Shown one piece after another: positions 30,056-38,223 of a stretch of DNA of 64,000 nt (its first letter is position 1; every line of letters starts with the position of its first letter). A model generated the notes under the pieces. The model saw only the letters and a program-made list of their open reading frames with translations, did no database searches and was not told the origin of the DNA. The translations under genes were made by a program, and so were the position numbers. This DNA comes from Clostridia bacterium (lineage in GTDB: Bacteria > Bacillota > Clostridia > Oscillospirales > CAG-272). The stretch spans positions 18,593 through 82,592 of the forward strand of contig JAGALA010000034.1 in assembly GCA_017625935.1 (NCBI GenBank). Direction: 5' to 3'.

Positions 30056-30865
30056 TTATTTATAAATTATAAAAGCGCGCGGATTTTTACCGTAATCGTA
30101 AAGAATTTGGTAGCTTGAAAATCCCGTAGCACTCGAAAGCAGGGCGCAAATTTCGTTTTCTTGGTCGTAGCCGAACTCAACTATCATTTTACCGCCGTCG
30201 TTTAAGTGGCGAGGGCAGTCGCTTACCAAAAATCTGACAAGGTCAAGCCCGTCGTCTCCGCCGTCAAGTGCCAAAATTGGCTCTTTTTTTACCTCGGGCG
30301 AGAGGTTTTGAATATCGTGTGTTTTGATATACGGTGGATTTGAAATTATCAAATCAAATTTTTCGTTTGACAAAGACGTCCTTATATCGCCAAGAATAAA
30401 TCGAGCATCTATACCGTGGGCGCTTGCGTTTCTCTTAGCCATTTCAAGCGCGCCGCTTGAAATATCAACAAGCGTTAAGTCAATCCCCGGCTTATATAGT
30501 GATAATGAAATGCCGATACAACCGCTTCCTGTGCATAAATCAGCCACGTGGTCGCCTTTTTTTAAGAATGTAAGCGCTTTTTCAACCAAAATTTCGGTGT
30601 CGGGGCGCGGTATCAAGCAGTTCGGTGAAACAAAGAACTCCTTGCCCATAAATTCCCACTTACCAAGTATATACTGCAAGGGAACGCGCTCTTTTCTTTT
30701 TTCTAAAATTTCAAAAATACGCGACCCTGTGTACGTTTTTTGTGTGTCGAGCATAATCTGCGCACGGCTGACGCCTTGCGTTTCCTCTAAAATCAAAAAC
30801 GCTTCCTCACGCGGGTTTTCCACGCCGTATTCGCTTAATTTGCTTATTATATCATTTAAAGTCAT
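30056..30865 (-). CDS. prmC: Release factor glutamine N5-methyltransferase PrmC (HemK)
   Basis: The NPPY motif is LIISNPPYIK and the SAM-binding motif is DLCTGSGCIG. The start at MTLNDIISKL avoids overlap with the upstream gene. Confidence 0.88.
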   Translation of the reverse strand: MTLNDIISKLSEYGVENPREEAFLILEETQGVSRAQIMLDTQKTYTGSRIFEILEKRKERVPLQYILGKWEFMGKEFFVSPNCLIPRPDTEILVEKALTFLKKGDHVADLCTGSGCIGISLSLYKPGIDLTLVDISSGALEMAKRNASAHGIDARFILGDIRTSLSNEKFDLIISNPPYIKTHDIQNLSPEVKKEPILALDGGDDGLDLVRFLVSDCPRHLNDGGKMIVEFGYDQENEICALLSSATGFSSYQILYDYGKNPRAFIIYK

Positions 30866-30881
30866 TTCTGCTTCGTTATTT

Positions 30882-31643
30882 TCAGCCTGCAAGTGATGCC
30901 TCGATTTTAGAGATAAGAGCTGCTTTGGAAAGCGCGCCTTCCTTTGCATACGTAATTACGCCGTTTTCATCAATTATAATTGTGTATGGGTAGTAGCCGT
31001 TTCCACCGAAGGTCTCGTAGCATTCGTCAAAATAAACGTTGCCCTCGCCAAGATCCTCATCAGCCGCAAAGATGATATCTGAGTCGGCAAAATTGTTCTT
31101 TATATGGGAAACTGCACCTGTCGAAAAATTCTGTACTGAGTGGATTGCAACAATTGTAACGCTGTCCTTATATTCCGTTGCAACCTCGGAAAACTCGGGC
31201 AGCTCGCCAACGCACGGTGGACACCACGTGCCCCAAAAGTTAATTACCGTTACCTTGCCAAGCGCGCTTGGGTCAATGCATTCACCGCTTAATCCGTTTT
31301 CGTCAAAGGTTTCAACAAAGTAGCTTGGAAGCTTTTGACCGACCTGTGTGCCGATTTCATAGCTTTCCTCGGGTGGCTCGCTTGGATTTTCAACGTCGGT
31401 ATTGGTGTCGCCCTCACCGCTGCTTGTCGATGAGTCGCCTGTGCCCTCACCGTTGCTTGTCGATGAGTCGCCTGTGCCCTCGCCGCTGTCGGTTGAGGTT
31501 CCGCCTTGGCTGCCTGTATCCGTTGAGGTGTCGCCCTCATTCTTTTCGCTCTCCGTGTCTGTGGTTTGCGGTGTCGGCGTGCAGGAAGCAAGCAAAATGC
31601 ATGCAAAAATTATTAATAAAAGACTAAAAATTTTATTTTTCAT
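30882..31643 (-). CDS. Thioredoxin-fold thiol:disulfide oxidoreductase lipoprotein (TlpA/ResA-like)
   Basis: The lipobox is LLASC. The active site is WGTWCPPC. A low-complexity Gly/Ser/Thr/Asp linker is present. Confidence 0.8.
   Translation of the reverse strand: MKNKIFSLLLIIFACILLASCTPTPQTTDTESEKNEGDTSTDTGSQGGTSTDSGEGTGDSSTSNGEGTGDSSTSSGEGDTNTDVENPSEPPEESYEIGTQVGQKLPSYFVETFDENGLSGECIDPSALGKVTVINFWGTWCPPCVGELPEFSEVATEYKDSVTIVAIHSVQNFSTGAVSHIKNNFADSDIIFAADEDLGEGNVYFDECYETFGGNGYYPYTIIIDENGVITYAKEGALSKAALISKIEASLAG
31415..31480. repeat. 2 x 33-bp tandem repeat inside the TlpA-like gene (encodes GEGTGDSSTS[N/S])
   Basis: caccgctgcttgtcgatgagtcgcctgtgccct is repeated with a single mismatch. Confidence 0.9.
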
Positions 31644-32031
31644 TTTTTGTGTCCTCACTGTCTTGTGAATTTTCCAAGCCTGAGCCGTTATCTATTATAG
31701 AATCGTCTGTATTGATGCTTTGATTATCATCATTTGCGGTATTGTTACCGCTGTCCGGCGCGGTTTGGTTGTTATTGCCGCCACTTGTATTGTTGCCGCC
31801 GTTTTCCCCATTGTCAGGGGTGCTTGGCTGCTCTCCACCTGTTGCGCCCTCGTTCTTGTCCGAGTCGTCCTCAACACCTGTTTTCTTAAAAAACAGCTCC
31901 AAGGCGTTATATAAAGTATCGTAAAGACCGTCCATCGCTTCGTCTATCTCGGCGCTGAAGTCCAGTGAGCAGGCACAAAGCGGTGCACAGCACATAAGAA
32001 CTAATAGCGCGCAAGCTATAAATTTTTTCAT
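31633..32031 (-). CDS. Hypothetical secreted lipoprotein, low-complexity Asn/Gly/Asp-rich
   Basis: The signal peptide with lipobox is PLCACS. The RBS is aaaggag. Confidence 0.55.
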   Translation of the reverse strand: MKKFIACALLVLMCCAPLCACSLDFSAEIDEAMDGLYDTLYNALELFFKKTGVEDDSDKNEGATGGEQPSTPDNGENGGNNTSGGNNNQTAPDSGNNTANDDNQSINTDDSIIDNGSGLENSQDSEDTKNEK

Positions 32032-32184
32032 AATAATTCTCCTTTCGCGCGCAAAATGTTGCGCGTTTCTTTATTTAATTTTATCATTATATTATTTTAT
32101 TGTCAATATTTTATTTTTCCGTTGACTTTGCGAAAGTTTTTTGATACAATCAAAGTAACAAATTTTTACTGCCTTGGGGGTACT

Positions 32185-33420
32185 ATGGAAAAGGTTAGAA
32201 TTGGTTTAATTGGATTTGGCTGCCGTGCATACGGTATGAATGATATTTTGCTCGGCTTTGACGATGTTGAGATAGTGGCGGTTTGCGACAAATACGAGGA
32301 CAGAGTAGAAAACGCAAAGAAAAGAGTTATCGAAAAGCGTGGCAACACTCCGTTTGGCACAACAAATTATAAGGAGCTTTTAGCGCTTGACTACGTTGAT
32401 GCGGTTTATATCGCAACCGACTGGAATATGCACTTCCCTATTGCTATTGACGCTTTATATGCAGGAAAGGCAACTGCGCTTGAGGTTGGCGGCGCTTACT
32501 CCGTTGAGGATTGCTGGGCACTTGTTGACGCACAGGAAAAAACGGGCACACCGTTTATGTTTATGGAAAACTGCTGCTATAACCGTGAGGAGCTTTTGGC
32601 AACTGCAATTGTACGTACGGGCAAATTCGGTAAAATCGTTCATCTGAGCGGCGCATACTCACACGACCTTCGCGGTGAGGTAACGGGCGGCAAGGAAAAC
32701 AGACACTACCGCTTGAATGAATACCTTACAAGAAACTGCGAAAACTACCCAACGCACGAGCTTGGCCCTATGGCTAAGGTGCTTAACATCAACCGCGGCA
32801 ACCGTATGACCTCGCTTGTTTCCGTGGCAACCGGCTCTTTCGGTATGGAGGATTACGTTGAGAGCCGCAAGGACACTATCGTAAACAAGGATCTTATCGG
32901 TGTTGATTTTGCACAGGGCGACGTTGTAAACACAATTATCACCTGTGAAAACGGTGAAACAATGCTTCTTAGGCTTGACACCTCTCTCCCTCGCTCATAT
33001 AACAGAGAGTTTACAATCCGCGGCACAAAGGGAATGTACGAGCAGAACACAAACAGCGTATATTTTGACGGTCAGCCCGAATATTGGTCAAGCATTGACT
33101 ATATTAATAAATACGTAAACAGTGCGGAGCAGTTCAAGGAGCTTTTGCCGCACGAATGGAAAATTATAACCAAGGAAGCACTTGAGGCAGGTCACGGCGG
33201 AATGGACTACGTTGAGCTTCGCGAATTTGTTGACCGCGTAAAGGACGGCGGCGAGATGCTTTGCGACGTTTACGACGCGGCAGCCTGGATGGTTGTCACC
33301 TGCCTTAGCGAGCAGTCGATAAAGCAAAACGGCGCACCGCAGTTGGTTCCCGATTTCACCCGCGGCGCATACAAAACCCGCGCACCCAAGGACGTGCTTG
33401 AGTTCGGTAAAATGGAATAA
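32185..33420 (+). CDS. Gfo/Idh/MocA-family NAD-dependent oxidoreductase (GH109-like)
   Basis: The Rossmann N-terminus is VRIGLIGFGCRAYG. The start is the ATG at 32185 (MEKVRIG). The upstream promoter is ttgact-17-tacaat. Confidence 0.7.
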   Translation: MEKVRIGLIGFGCRAYGMNDILLGFDDVEIVAVCDKYEDRVENAKKRVIEKRGNTPFGTTNYKELLALDYVDAVYIATDWNMHFPIAIDALYAGKATALEVGGAYSVEDCWALVDAQEKTGTPFMFMENCCYNREELLATAIVRTGKFGKIVHLSGAYSHDLRGEVTGGKENRHYRLNEYLTRNCENYPTHELGPMAKVLNINRGNRMTSLVSVATGSFGMEDYVESRKDTIVNKDLIGVDFAQGDVVNTIITCENGETMLLRLDTSLPRSYNREFTIRGTKGMYEQNTNSVYFDGQPEYWSSIDYINKYVNSAEQFKELLPHEWKIITKEALEAGHGGMDYVELREFVDRVKDGGEMLCDVYDAAAWMVVTCLSEQSIKQNGAPQLVPDFTRGAYKTRAPKDVLEFGKME

Positions 33421-33423
33421 CAA

Positions 33424-33453
33424 AAATCGCAGAGGTTGTCCTCTGCGATTTTG
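33424..33453 (+). terminator. Rho-independent terminator
   Basis: The stem aaatcgcagagg / cctctgcgattt is followed by a T-run. Confidence 0.8.
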
Positions 33454-33461
33454 ACAAGAAT

Positions 33462-33974
33462 ATGGAAAGAAACGAATTACCCAAAAGAAAACCGATAAGG
33501 TTAAATAATTTTCATTACGGTGCGGGATATGCATATTTTATCACCGTATGCACGAAGGATAGAGCGAAAATTTTATCAAAAATAACCGTAGGGGACGGCG
33601 CCCTCGACGTCCCGAAAACAGAATTAACAAAATGCGGTGAAATTGTTGAGAAATATATTTTATCTACAAATAAAATAAATAATGTATGTGTTGACAGATA
33701 TGTAATTATGCCGAATCATTTTCATATGATTATTAGGATTGAGGGAGATTCAAATGATTTGGAAAACGGGACGTCGAGGGCGCCGTCCCCTACAAACAAA
33801 ACAATTCCGCATATTGTTTCAACCTTGAAAAGATTCTGCAATAAAGAAATAGGGGAAAACATCTTCCAACGCTCATTCTACGACCACGTGATACGCGGAC
33901 GCGAGGACTACGAGGAGATATCAAGGTATATTTACGAAAACCCACTAAATTGGAAAAATGATGAATTATACTAA
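33462..33974 (+). CDS. REP-associated tyrosine transposase (RAYT; IS200/IS605 Y1-HUH TnpA-like)
   Basis: The HUH motif is MPNHFHMII. The C-terminal catalytic Tyr region is YDHVIRGREDYEEISRYIYENPLNW. The protein is 170 aa. Confidence 0.8.
   Translation: MERNELPKRKPIRLNNFHYGAGYAYFITVCTKDRAKILSKITVGDGALDVPKTELTKCGEIVEKYILSTNKINNVCVDRYVIMPNHFHMIIRIEGDSNDLENGTSRAPSPTNKTIPHIVSTLKRFCNKEIGENIFQRSFYDHVIRGREDYEEISRYIYENPLNWKNDELY
33588..33614 (+). repeat. REP-like element inside the RAYT ORF (left arm; translated as VGDGALDVP)
   Basis: gtaggggacggcgccctcgacgtcccg is the perfect reverse complement of 33767-33793. Confidence 0.9.
33767..33793 (-). repeat. REP-like element inside the RAYT ORF (right arm; translated as GTSRAPSPT)
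   Basis: cgggacgtcgagggcgccgtcccctac forms a 27/27 inverted repeat with 33588-33614. Confidence 0.9.
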
Positions 33975-34001
33975 AAAACAGCCACAGGGTGGCTGTTTTT
34001 T
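33973..34001. terminator. Bidirectional terminator
   Basis: The sequence is aaaaaa-cagccac-agg-gtggctg-tttttt, between convergent genes. Confidence 0.8.
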
Positions 34002-34227
34002 AATACAATTTTCTCGGTGTTTTAATGATGTCCGCAATATAGTCAAGCGATACGTCGTAAAATTTGGCAAGAGTGATAAAATGGTGCATCGGCATTTCTC
34101 TTTTGCCGCTTTCGTACAATTGATATTGTTGAGGTGCGATGCCTAATACTTCTGCAATATCTGCTTGTGTCTTATCTAAATCCTCACGCAAATCGCGCAA
34201 TCGATGATAATAATACAACCAACTCAC
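34000..34227 (-). CDS. XRE-family helix-turn-helix regulator (cassette 2)
   Basis: The HTH core is KTQADIAEVLGIAPQQYQLYESGKREMP. The start is a non-ATG codon (GTG at 34227 or in-frame TTG at 34218) downstream of AAGGAG. Confidence 0.8.
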   Translation of the reverse strand: MSWLYYYHRLRDLREDLDKTQADIAEVLGIAPQQYQLYESGKREMPMHHFITLAKFYDVSLDYIADIIKTPRKLY

Positions 34228-34336
34228 TCCTTTTCAATAATATATTCAAATTTTAACAAAAACATTCAAATGAATGATTGAAAAACAATCAAATGATTGT
34301 TAAAATAGAATTATAACTACTTAAGGAGAATATATT

Positions 34337-34606
34337 ATGAAATTTAATTACGAAAAATTTACGGAAAAAGCACTTGCAACAGGAATGGCGGATGAGTTTG
34401 AGTCGCAAATTTTCAAAAAACGTCAGGTTGACATTATGAGAAAAATAGATTTACTGACAGAAAAGCTATCAAAGACGCTGACCAAGGAGCAACGCGCGAT
34501 TTTTGAGCAGCTTGAGGAATGTGAAATTGAATATGAGGATGCATTGGAAAAGCAGGCATTTTGTAAGGGATATATGCTTGCAAGCTCGCTTTTTCTAATT
34601 GAATGA
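34337..34606 (+). CDS. Small helical protein partnered with the XRE regulator (cassette 2)
   Basis: The protein is 89 aa and divergent from the XRE gene. The RBS is aaggag. It is a paralog of 20151-20417. Confidence 0.6.
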   Translation: MKFNYEKFTEKALATGMADEFESQIFKKRQVDIMRKIDLLTEKLSKTLTKEQRAIFEQLEECEIEYEDALEKQAFCKGYMLASSLFLIE

Positions 34607-35263
34607 TTTTTCAACAATTTCTGTGCTCGATTTATAGATAGAGTTTCCCATAACCGTACCGCGCACGCATGAAAGCGGGTAGATAATGGCGTTTGGAAAG
34701 ATGAGCGTGCCGGGGTTTAAAACCGAGCCGCAGCCGACCTCGGCGTGTCCACCGACGACTGCGCCCATTTTGCGCAGCCCTGTGTCGATTTTTTCTCCGT
34801 TTATGCTTACCTTAACGCTTGATTTGTTGATTTTTAGATTTGAAATCACCGCGCCTGCGCCAAGGTGCGCGCCTTCGGAGAGAATCGAATTGCCGACATA
34901 ATTAAAATGCGGAACACACGCGCGGTCATATAGAATAGAATGCTTTATTTCACAACTGTTGCCAACCACCGCGCCGCGCCCAATTATCACCTCGCCGCGC
35001 AAATATGCTCCGTGGCGTAGCTCCGCGCCCTCGCAAATTACGGCTCTGCCCTCAATTTTGACACTGTTTGGAATGGTTATTCCGCGAAAAACGTACACTC
35101 CCTCGCCAATTTTTTCAAAATCGTCACCTAAATCATTAATTACACTTGATATGATATCGGGAATTTTTTCAATCGCCTGCCAAGGCAAGCGGTGCTTTAT
35201 TATCTCGCTGTGCGCAATTGATGCGTCGCTTCCTAAAATTCTTTCTGTTAAATTAATACTCAC
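34595..35263 (-). CDS. Left-handed beta-helix (hexapeptide-repeat) protein, GlmU C-terminal acetyltransferase-like
   Basis: Hexapeptide repeats are present (IGRGAVVGNSCEI, LGAGAVISN, VGGHAEVGCGSVL). The gene overlaps the glmM stop, which suggests an operon. Confidence 0.55.
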   Translation of the reverse strand: MSINLTERILGSDASIAHSEIIKHRLPWQAIEKIPDIISSVINDLGDDFEKIGEGVYVFRGITIPNSVKIEGRAVICEGAELRHGAYLRGEVIIGRGAVVGNSCEIKHSILYDRACVPHFNYVGNSILSEGAHLGAGAVISNLKINKSSVKVSINGEKIDTGLRKMGAVVGGHAEVGCGSVLNPGTLIFPNAIIYPLSCVRGTVMGNSIYKSSTEIVEKSFN

Positions 35264-36584
35264 TATCGCACTCCGAAATTAAATTTTGCAGCTCCGCGCA
35301 AATTTCACGACACAGGGTGGTGCTTTTTCCCTCTACAAGCACGCGAATTTTCGGTTCAGTTCCGCTTGCGCGCACCAAAATCCGTCCACTCCCCAGCACC
35401 TTTTCGTAATAATCAACCATTTCCCAAATGCGCGGATTTTCAATTGTTTTTTCTTTGTTTCCAACCAAAACCGCACCCTGTATCGACGGAAAGGTAGAAA
35501 AGCCGTCAAGCAAGGAGGCAATCTTACCGCCGTTTTTATGCGCCAGCTCACTTATCTTTATTGAGGTTAAAATTCCGTCACCCGTCCTTGCGTATTTACT
35601 TATAATTATGTGACCCGAGTCCTCGCCGCCCAAGGAGTATCCGCCGCGCTTCATTTCCTCGTAAACAAAACGGTCGCCGACCTGTGTTTTCTTTACCTCT
35701 ATCCCCTTTCCTTGAAATGATTCCCAAGTGCCTGAATTTGACATAACGGTTGTGACAACAGTATTCTTGTTCAGCGCTCCCTGCTCCTTTAGGTTGTTGC
35801 CCAAAACGTATAAAATTCCGTCACCGCTTACGACCATTCCCGTTCCGTCAACCGCTAAGCACCTGTCAGCATCTCCGTCGTATGCAAAGCCGATATCGAG
35901 CTTGCTTTCCTTGACAAAGCGCACAAGCGTGTCGATATTTGTCGAGCCGCATCCGTCATTTATATTTACGCCGTTTGGTTTGTCTGCGATAGTATAAACA
36001 CTCGCGCCCAAGCGTTCAAAAGCCTCACGCGCAACCAAGCACGCGCTGCCGTTGGCAGTGTCAAGCCCCACCCTTAGTCCGTTTAGCTCACGCTCATTAC
36101 AGGCAACAAGATAATCGACGTATTTTTTTGCGCCCTCACTAAATTCAACTGCTTTTCCGATGCTTTTTGCCTTTTTGGTCGGGGACGTGTCTGTTTTTGC
36201 GTCCAAAAACTGCTCTATTTTGTCTGTTTCCTCATCACTCAGCTTCTCGCCTGTATGGCTTAAAATCTTAATTCCGTTGTCGTAATACGGATTATGGCTT
36301 GCCGAAATCATAACGCCATAGTTAAAGTCGCACGTGTACGTTAGGTATGAGGCACACGGTGTTGTGTTTACACCCAAAAGATATACGTCAGCACCCATGC
36401 TCGTCGCGCCTGCGCTCAGTGCACATTCAAGCATACCTGACGAGAGGCGTGTGTCCTTGACAACGAGAATTTTTCCACCGCTTGACTCTTTGCCTAAATA
36501 TTTTCCTATCTTAAAGGCATGCTCTGCACAAAGCTGTTCCCCTGCTTTTCCGCGAAAGCCGTCTGTCCCAAAATATTTTCCCAT
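35253..36584 (-). CDS. glmM: Phosphoglucosamine mutase
   Basis: The N-terminus is YFGTDGFRG and the active-site loop is SASHNPYYDNGIK. The start was chosen at MGKYFGTDG (ATG at 36584) after a GGAGG RBS. Confidence 0.93.
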   Translation of the reverse strand: MGKYFGTDGFRGKAGEQLCAEHAFKIGKYLGKESSGGKILVVKDTRLSSGMLECALSAGATSMGADVYLLGVNTTPCASYLTYTCDFNYGVMISASHNPYYDNGIKILSHTGEKLSDEETDKIEQFLDAKTDTSPTKKAKSIGKAVEFSEGAKKYVDYLVACNERELNGLRVGLDTANGSACLVAREAFERLGASVYTIADKPNGVNINDGCGSTNIDTLVRFVKESKLDIGFAYDGDADRCLAVDGTGMVVSGDGILYVLGNNLKEQGALNKNTVVTTVMSNSGTWESFQGKGIEVKKTQVGDRFVYEEMKRGGYSLGGEDSGHIIISKYARTGDGILTSIKISELAHKNGGKIASLLDGFSTFPSIQGAVLVGNKEKTIENPRIWEMVDYYEKVLGSGRILVRASGTEPKIRVLVEGKSTTLCREICAELQNLISECDSEY

Positions 36585-36679
36585 ATAATCCTCCAAAATT
36601 TTGCAAATTACGAGAAAAACTACATTATTTATTATATGTATGTTATTTTGGTTTGCTATTTTCTAAAATAAAAATTGGC

Positions 36680-36699
36680 TGACACATTAAGGCACAACC
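36680..36699. repeat. 20-bp repeat (tgacacattaaggcacaacc), inverted copy of 2039-2058
   Basis: It is an exact 20/20 reverse-complement match to ggttgtgccttaatgtgtca at 2039-2058. Confidence 0.85.
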
Positions 36700-36820
36700 T
36701 TAAACGAGAACCCCAAACCTCATACTTCGGTTCGGGAAACCCCTACACAAACAGAAAGAGAGAACAAATCGGTTTTATAGCCGAACTGTTCTCTCTTTTT
36801 CTGTTCGTTTTAAGTTTAGA

Positions 36821-37006
36821 GTTATGAAGCTCGCTTTGCTTGCCGTTATGAGCTTGCACAGCAAGCGTTATGATATGATTGCCTTGCTAACCTGTAACTT
36901 GGCGTAGCCAATCATAACAATGCGTAAGCATTTCATAACTCATAACTTGCCCGTAAGGGCAATCATAGTTTAGCGTGATACTCCGTTAAGAGTATCACGC
37001 TAAACG
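36821..37006. repeat. Mini-hairpin array D (GTTATGA units on the left, inverted TCATAAC units on the right)
   Basis: GTTATGA starts at 36821, 36845 and 36867. TCATAAC starts at 36912, 36933 and 36940. Hairpins are gcttgcacagcaagc, aatgcgtaagcatt, ttgcccgtaagggcaa and a 13-bp stem at 36971-37002. Confidence 0.8.
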
Positions 37007-37016
37007 TGGGAAATTT

Positions 37017-37949
37017 TTATTGGTTTTTGTTTTGACTAATTTTCTCTTCCTCTTTTTTCTTTGCTTCCTCAAGCTCGCGCTTTTTGTTTGCGCGTGCGGC
37101 GGCGTCGGAAATTGAGCGGCGGCGCCTCTGCTCTCTCACCTTGGAAAGATATTCAAATGCGTAATACGGCTTGATGCCTGCGGGCAACGGGTCGTACTCT
37201 GCTTCCTCCGGGTAAAGCTTAAAGATCCTTCTCATATGCTTGTCGTAAAATCTAAGGTACTGCCACGAGCGGTATTCCGCCATAATGATGCAAGCAACAA
37301 CGCCAAAGGCTATAAGCGATATGCCGAGAAACGGATTTATCGCAATGCCTGCTATGCCAAAAAGGGCAAGCGAGGCAAAAAGGAACATCACAATTTGAGA
37401 GTTGCGCTTGATTGTGAAAATCTCCTCCTCAAAGCGCGAAATATATTTTTTTACGGTAACCACGCGTCCCTTTGTATCGTCGAAAATAGTCAGGTCGGGG
37501 TTTTTGCAAATCTTGCGCTGTAAAAGCGTATAGTCATACATTGTGTTTCTTTGCGGTGTGTATTTGCCGTATTCAACAATCTCCGCGCCGTAGGGTCCCT
37601 TCAGGTATGCGTAAATACGGTCAATCTGAAGTGCCAACGGAACGCCGATAACGGTGATTCTTAAAATAAACGCAAGGAGTGAATAACAAAATCTCGCGCC
37701 GTAGCCGCCGAAAAGACACCAAATCACGTTTAATACCCTGCGCTTCGGTGTGGGTCTGTACACAACCGTTTTGCCGCTTGGCATAAATATAATAGGAATA
37801 AACTTAAAATGCTTTATTCCAAACGGAATGCCGATAATTGAAAGGCAGCAAAGCGTGCCTATAACCGCGCTTATTATGCTTGCCCAAATACCGACAAGCA
37901 AAACCCAAGCAATGAAAAAGCCCTTGGAGCTTGTGTTTTTAATCATCAA
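37017..37949 (-). CDS. YccF-domain (DUF307) membrane protein with a charged C-terminal tail
   Basis: Two YccF-like motifs are present (IGIPFGIKHFKF and VIGVPLALQ) along with multiple TM helices. The RBS is aaggagg. Confidence 0.6.
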   Translation of the reverse strand: MMIKNTSSKGFFIAWVLLVGIWASIISAVIGTLCCLSIIGIPFGIKHFKFIPIIFMPSGKTVVYRPTPKRRVLNVIWCLFGGYGARFCYSLLAFILRITVIGVPLALQIDRIYAYLKGPYGAEIVEYGKYTPQRNTMYDYTLLQRKICKNPDLTIFDDTKGRVVTVKKYISRFEEEIFTIKRNSQIVMFLFASLALFGIAGIAINPFLGISLIAFGVVACIIMAEYRSWQYLRFYDKHMRRIFKLYPEEAEYDPLPAGIKPYYAFEYLSKVREQRRRRSISDAAARANKKRELEEAKKKEEEKISQNKNQ

Positions 37950-38157
37950 ATTCCTCCTTATATAAAAAATAGGGGCACGGCGTGCTCCTTTATTGTGTTT
38001 TCAGAACGCGCCGTAAACAGCAAACGAGGCCTTCGTTGCTCTAAATTTATTATAACATATAAAAACGCGCGTTTTCAATATGTAATTGAGAAAATTTTGC
38101 GACAAAATACGATTTTTCAAAAAATTAAAAAAATTCAAAAAAATTTTTAAAAACCTA

Positions 38158-38199
38158 TTGACAAACGAAAAAATTTTGATATAATGATAATAGTAATCA
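38158..38199 (+). promoter_or_regulatory. Sigma-A-type promoter with an overlapping Fur/PerR-box-like operator
   Basis: TTGACA lies at 38158-38163, a 16-nt spacer follows, and TATAAT lies at 38180-38185. tgataatagtaatca (38185-38199) resembles the 7-1-7 Fur-family box TGATAATnATTATCA. Confidence 0.6.
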
Positions 38200-38223
38200 T
38201 TACTGATAAGGATGGTGAAGAAA

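Noticed and set aside
31268-31668. Arg/Pro-rich ORFs on both strands (119 aa, 105 aa, 88 aa) inside the TlpA-like gene.
   Set aside because: They are alternative frames of the 33-bp tandem-repeat, low-complexity linker region. The frame with the lipobox and the WCPPC motif is the real one.
33088-33534. A 148-aa minus-strand ORF spanning the oxidoreductase 3' end, the terminator and the RAYT start.
   Set aside because: It crosses a strong terminator hairpin and two well-supported plus-strand genes, and has no RBS.
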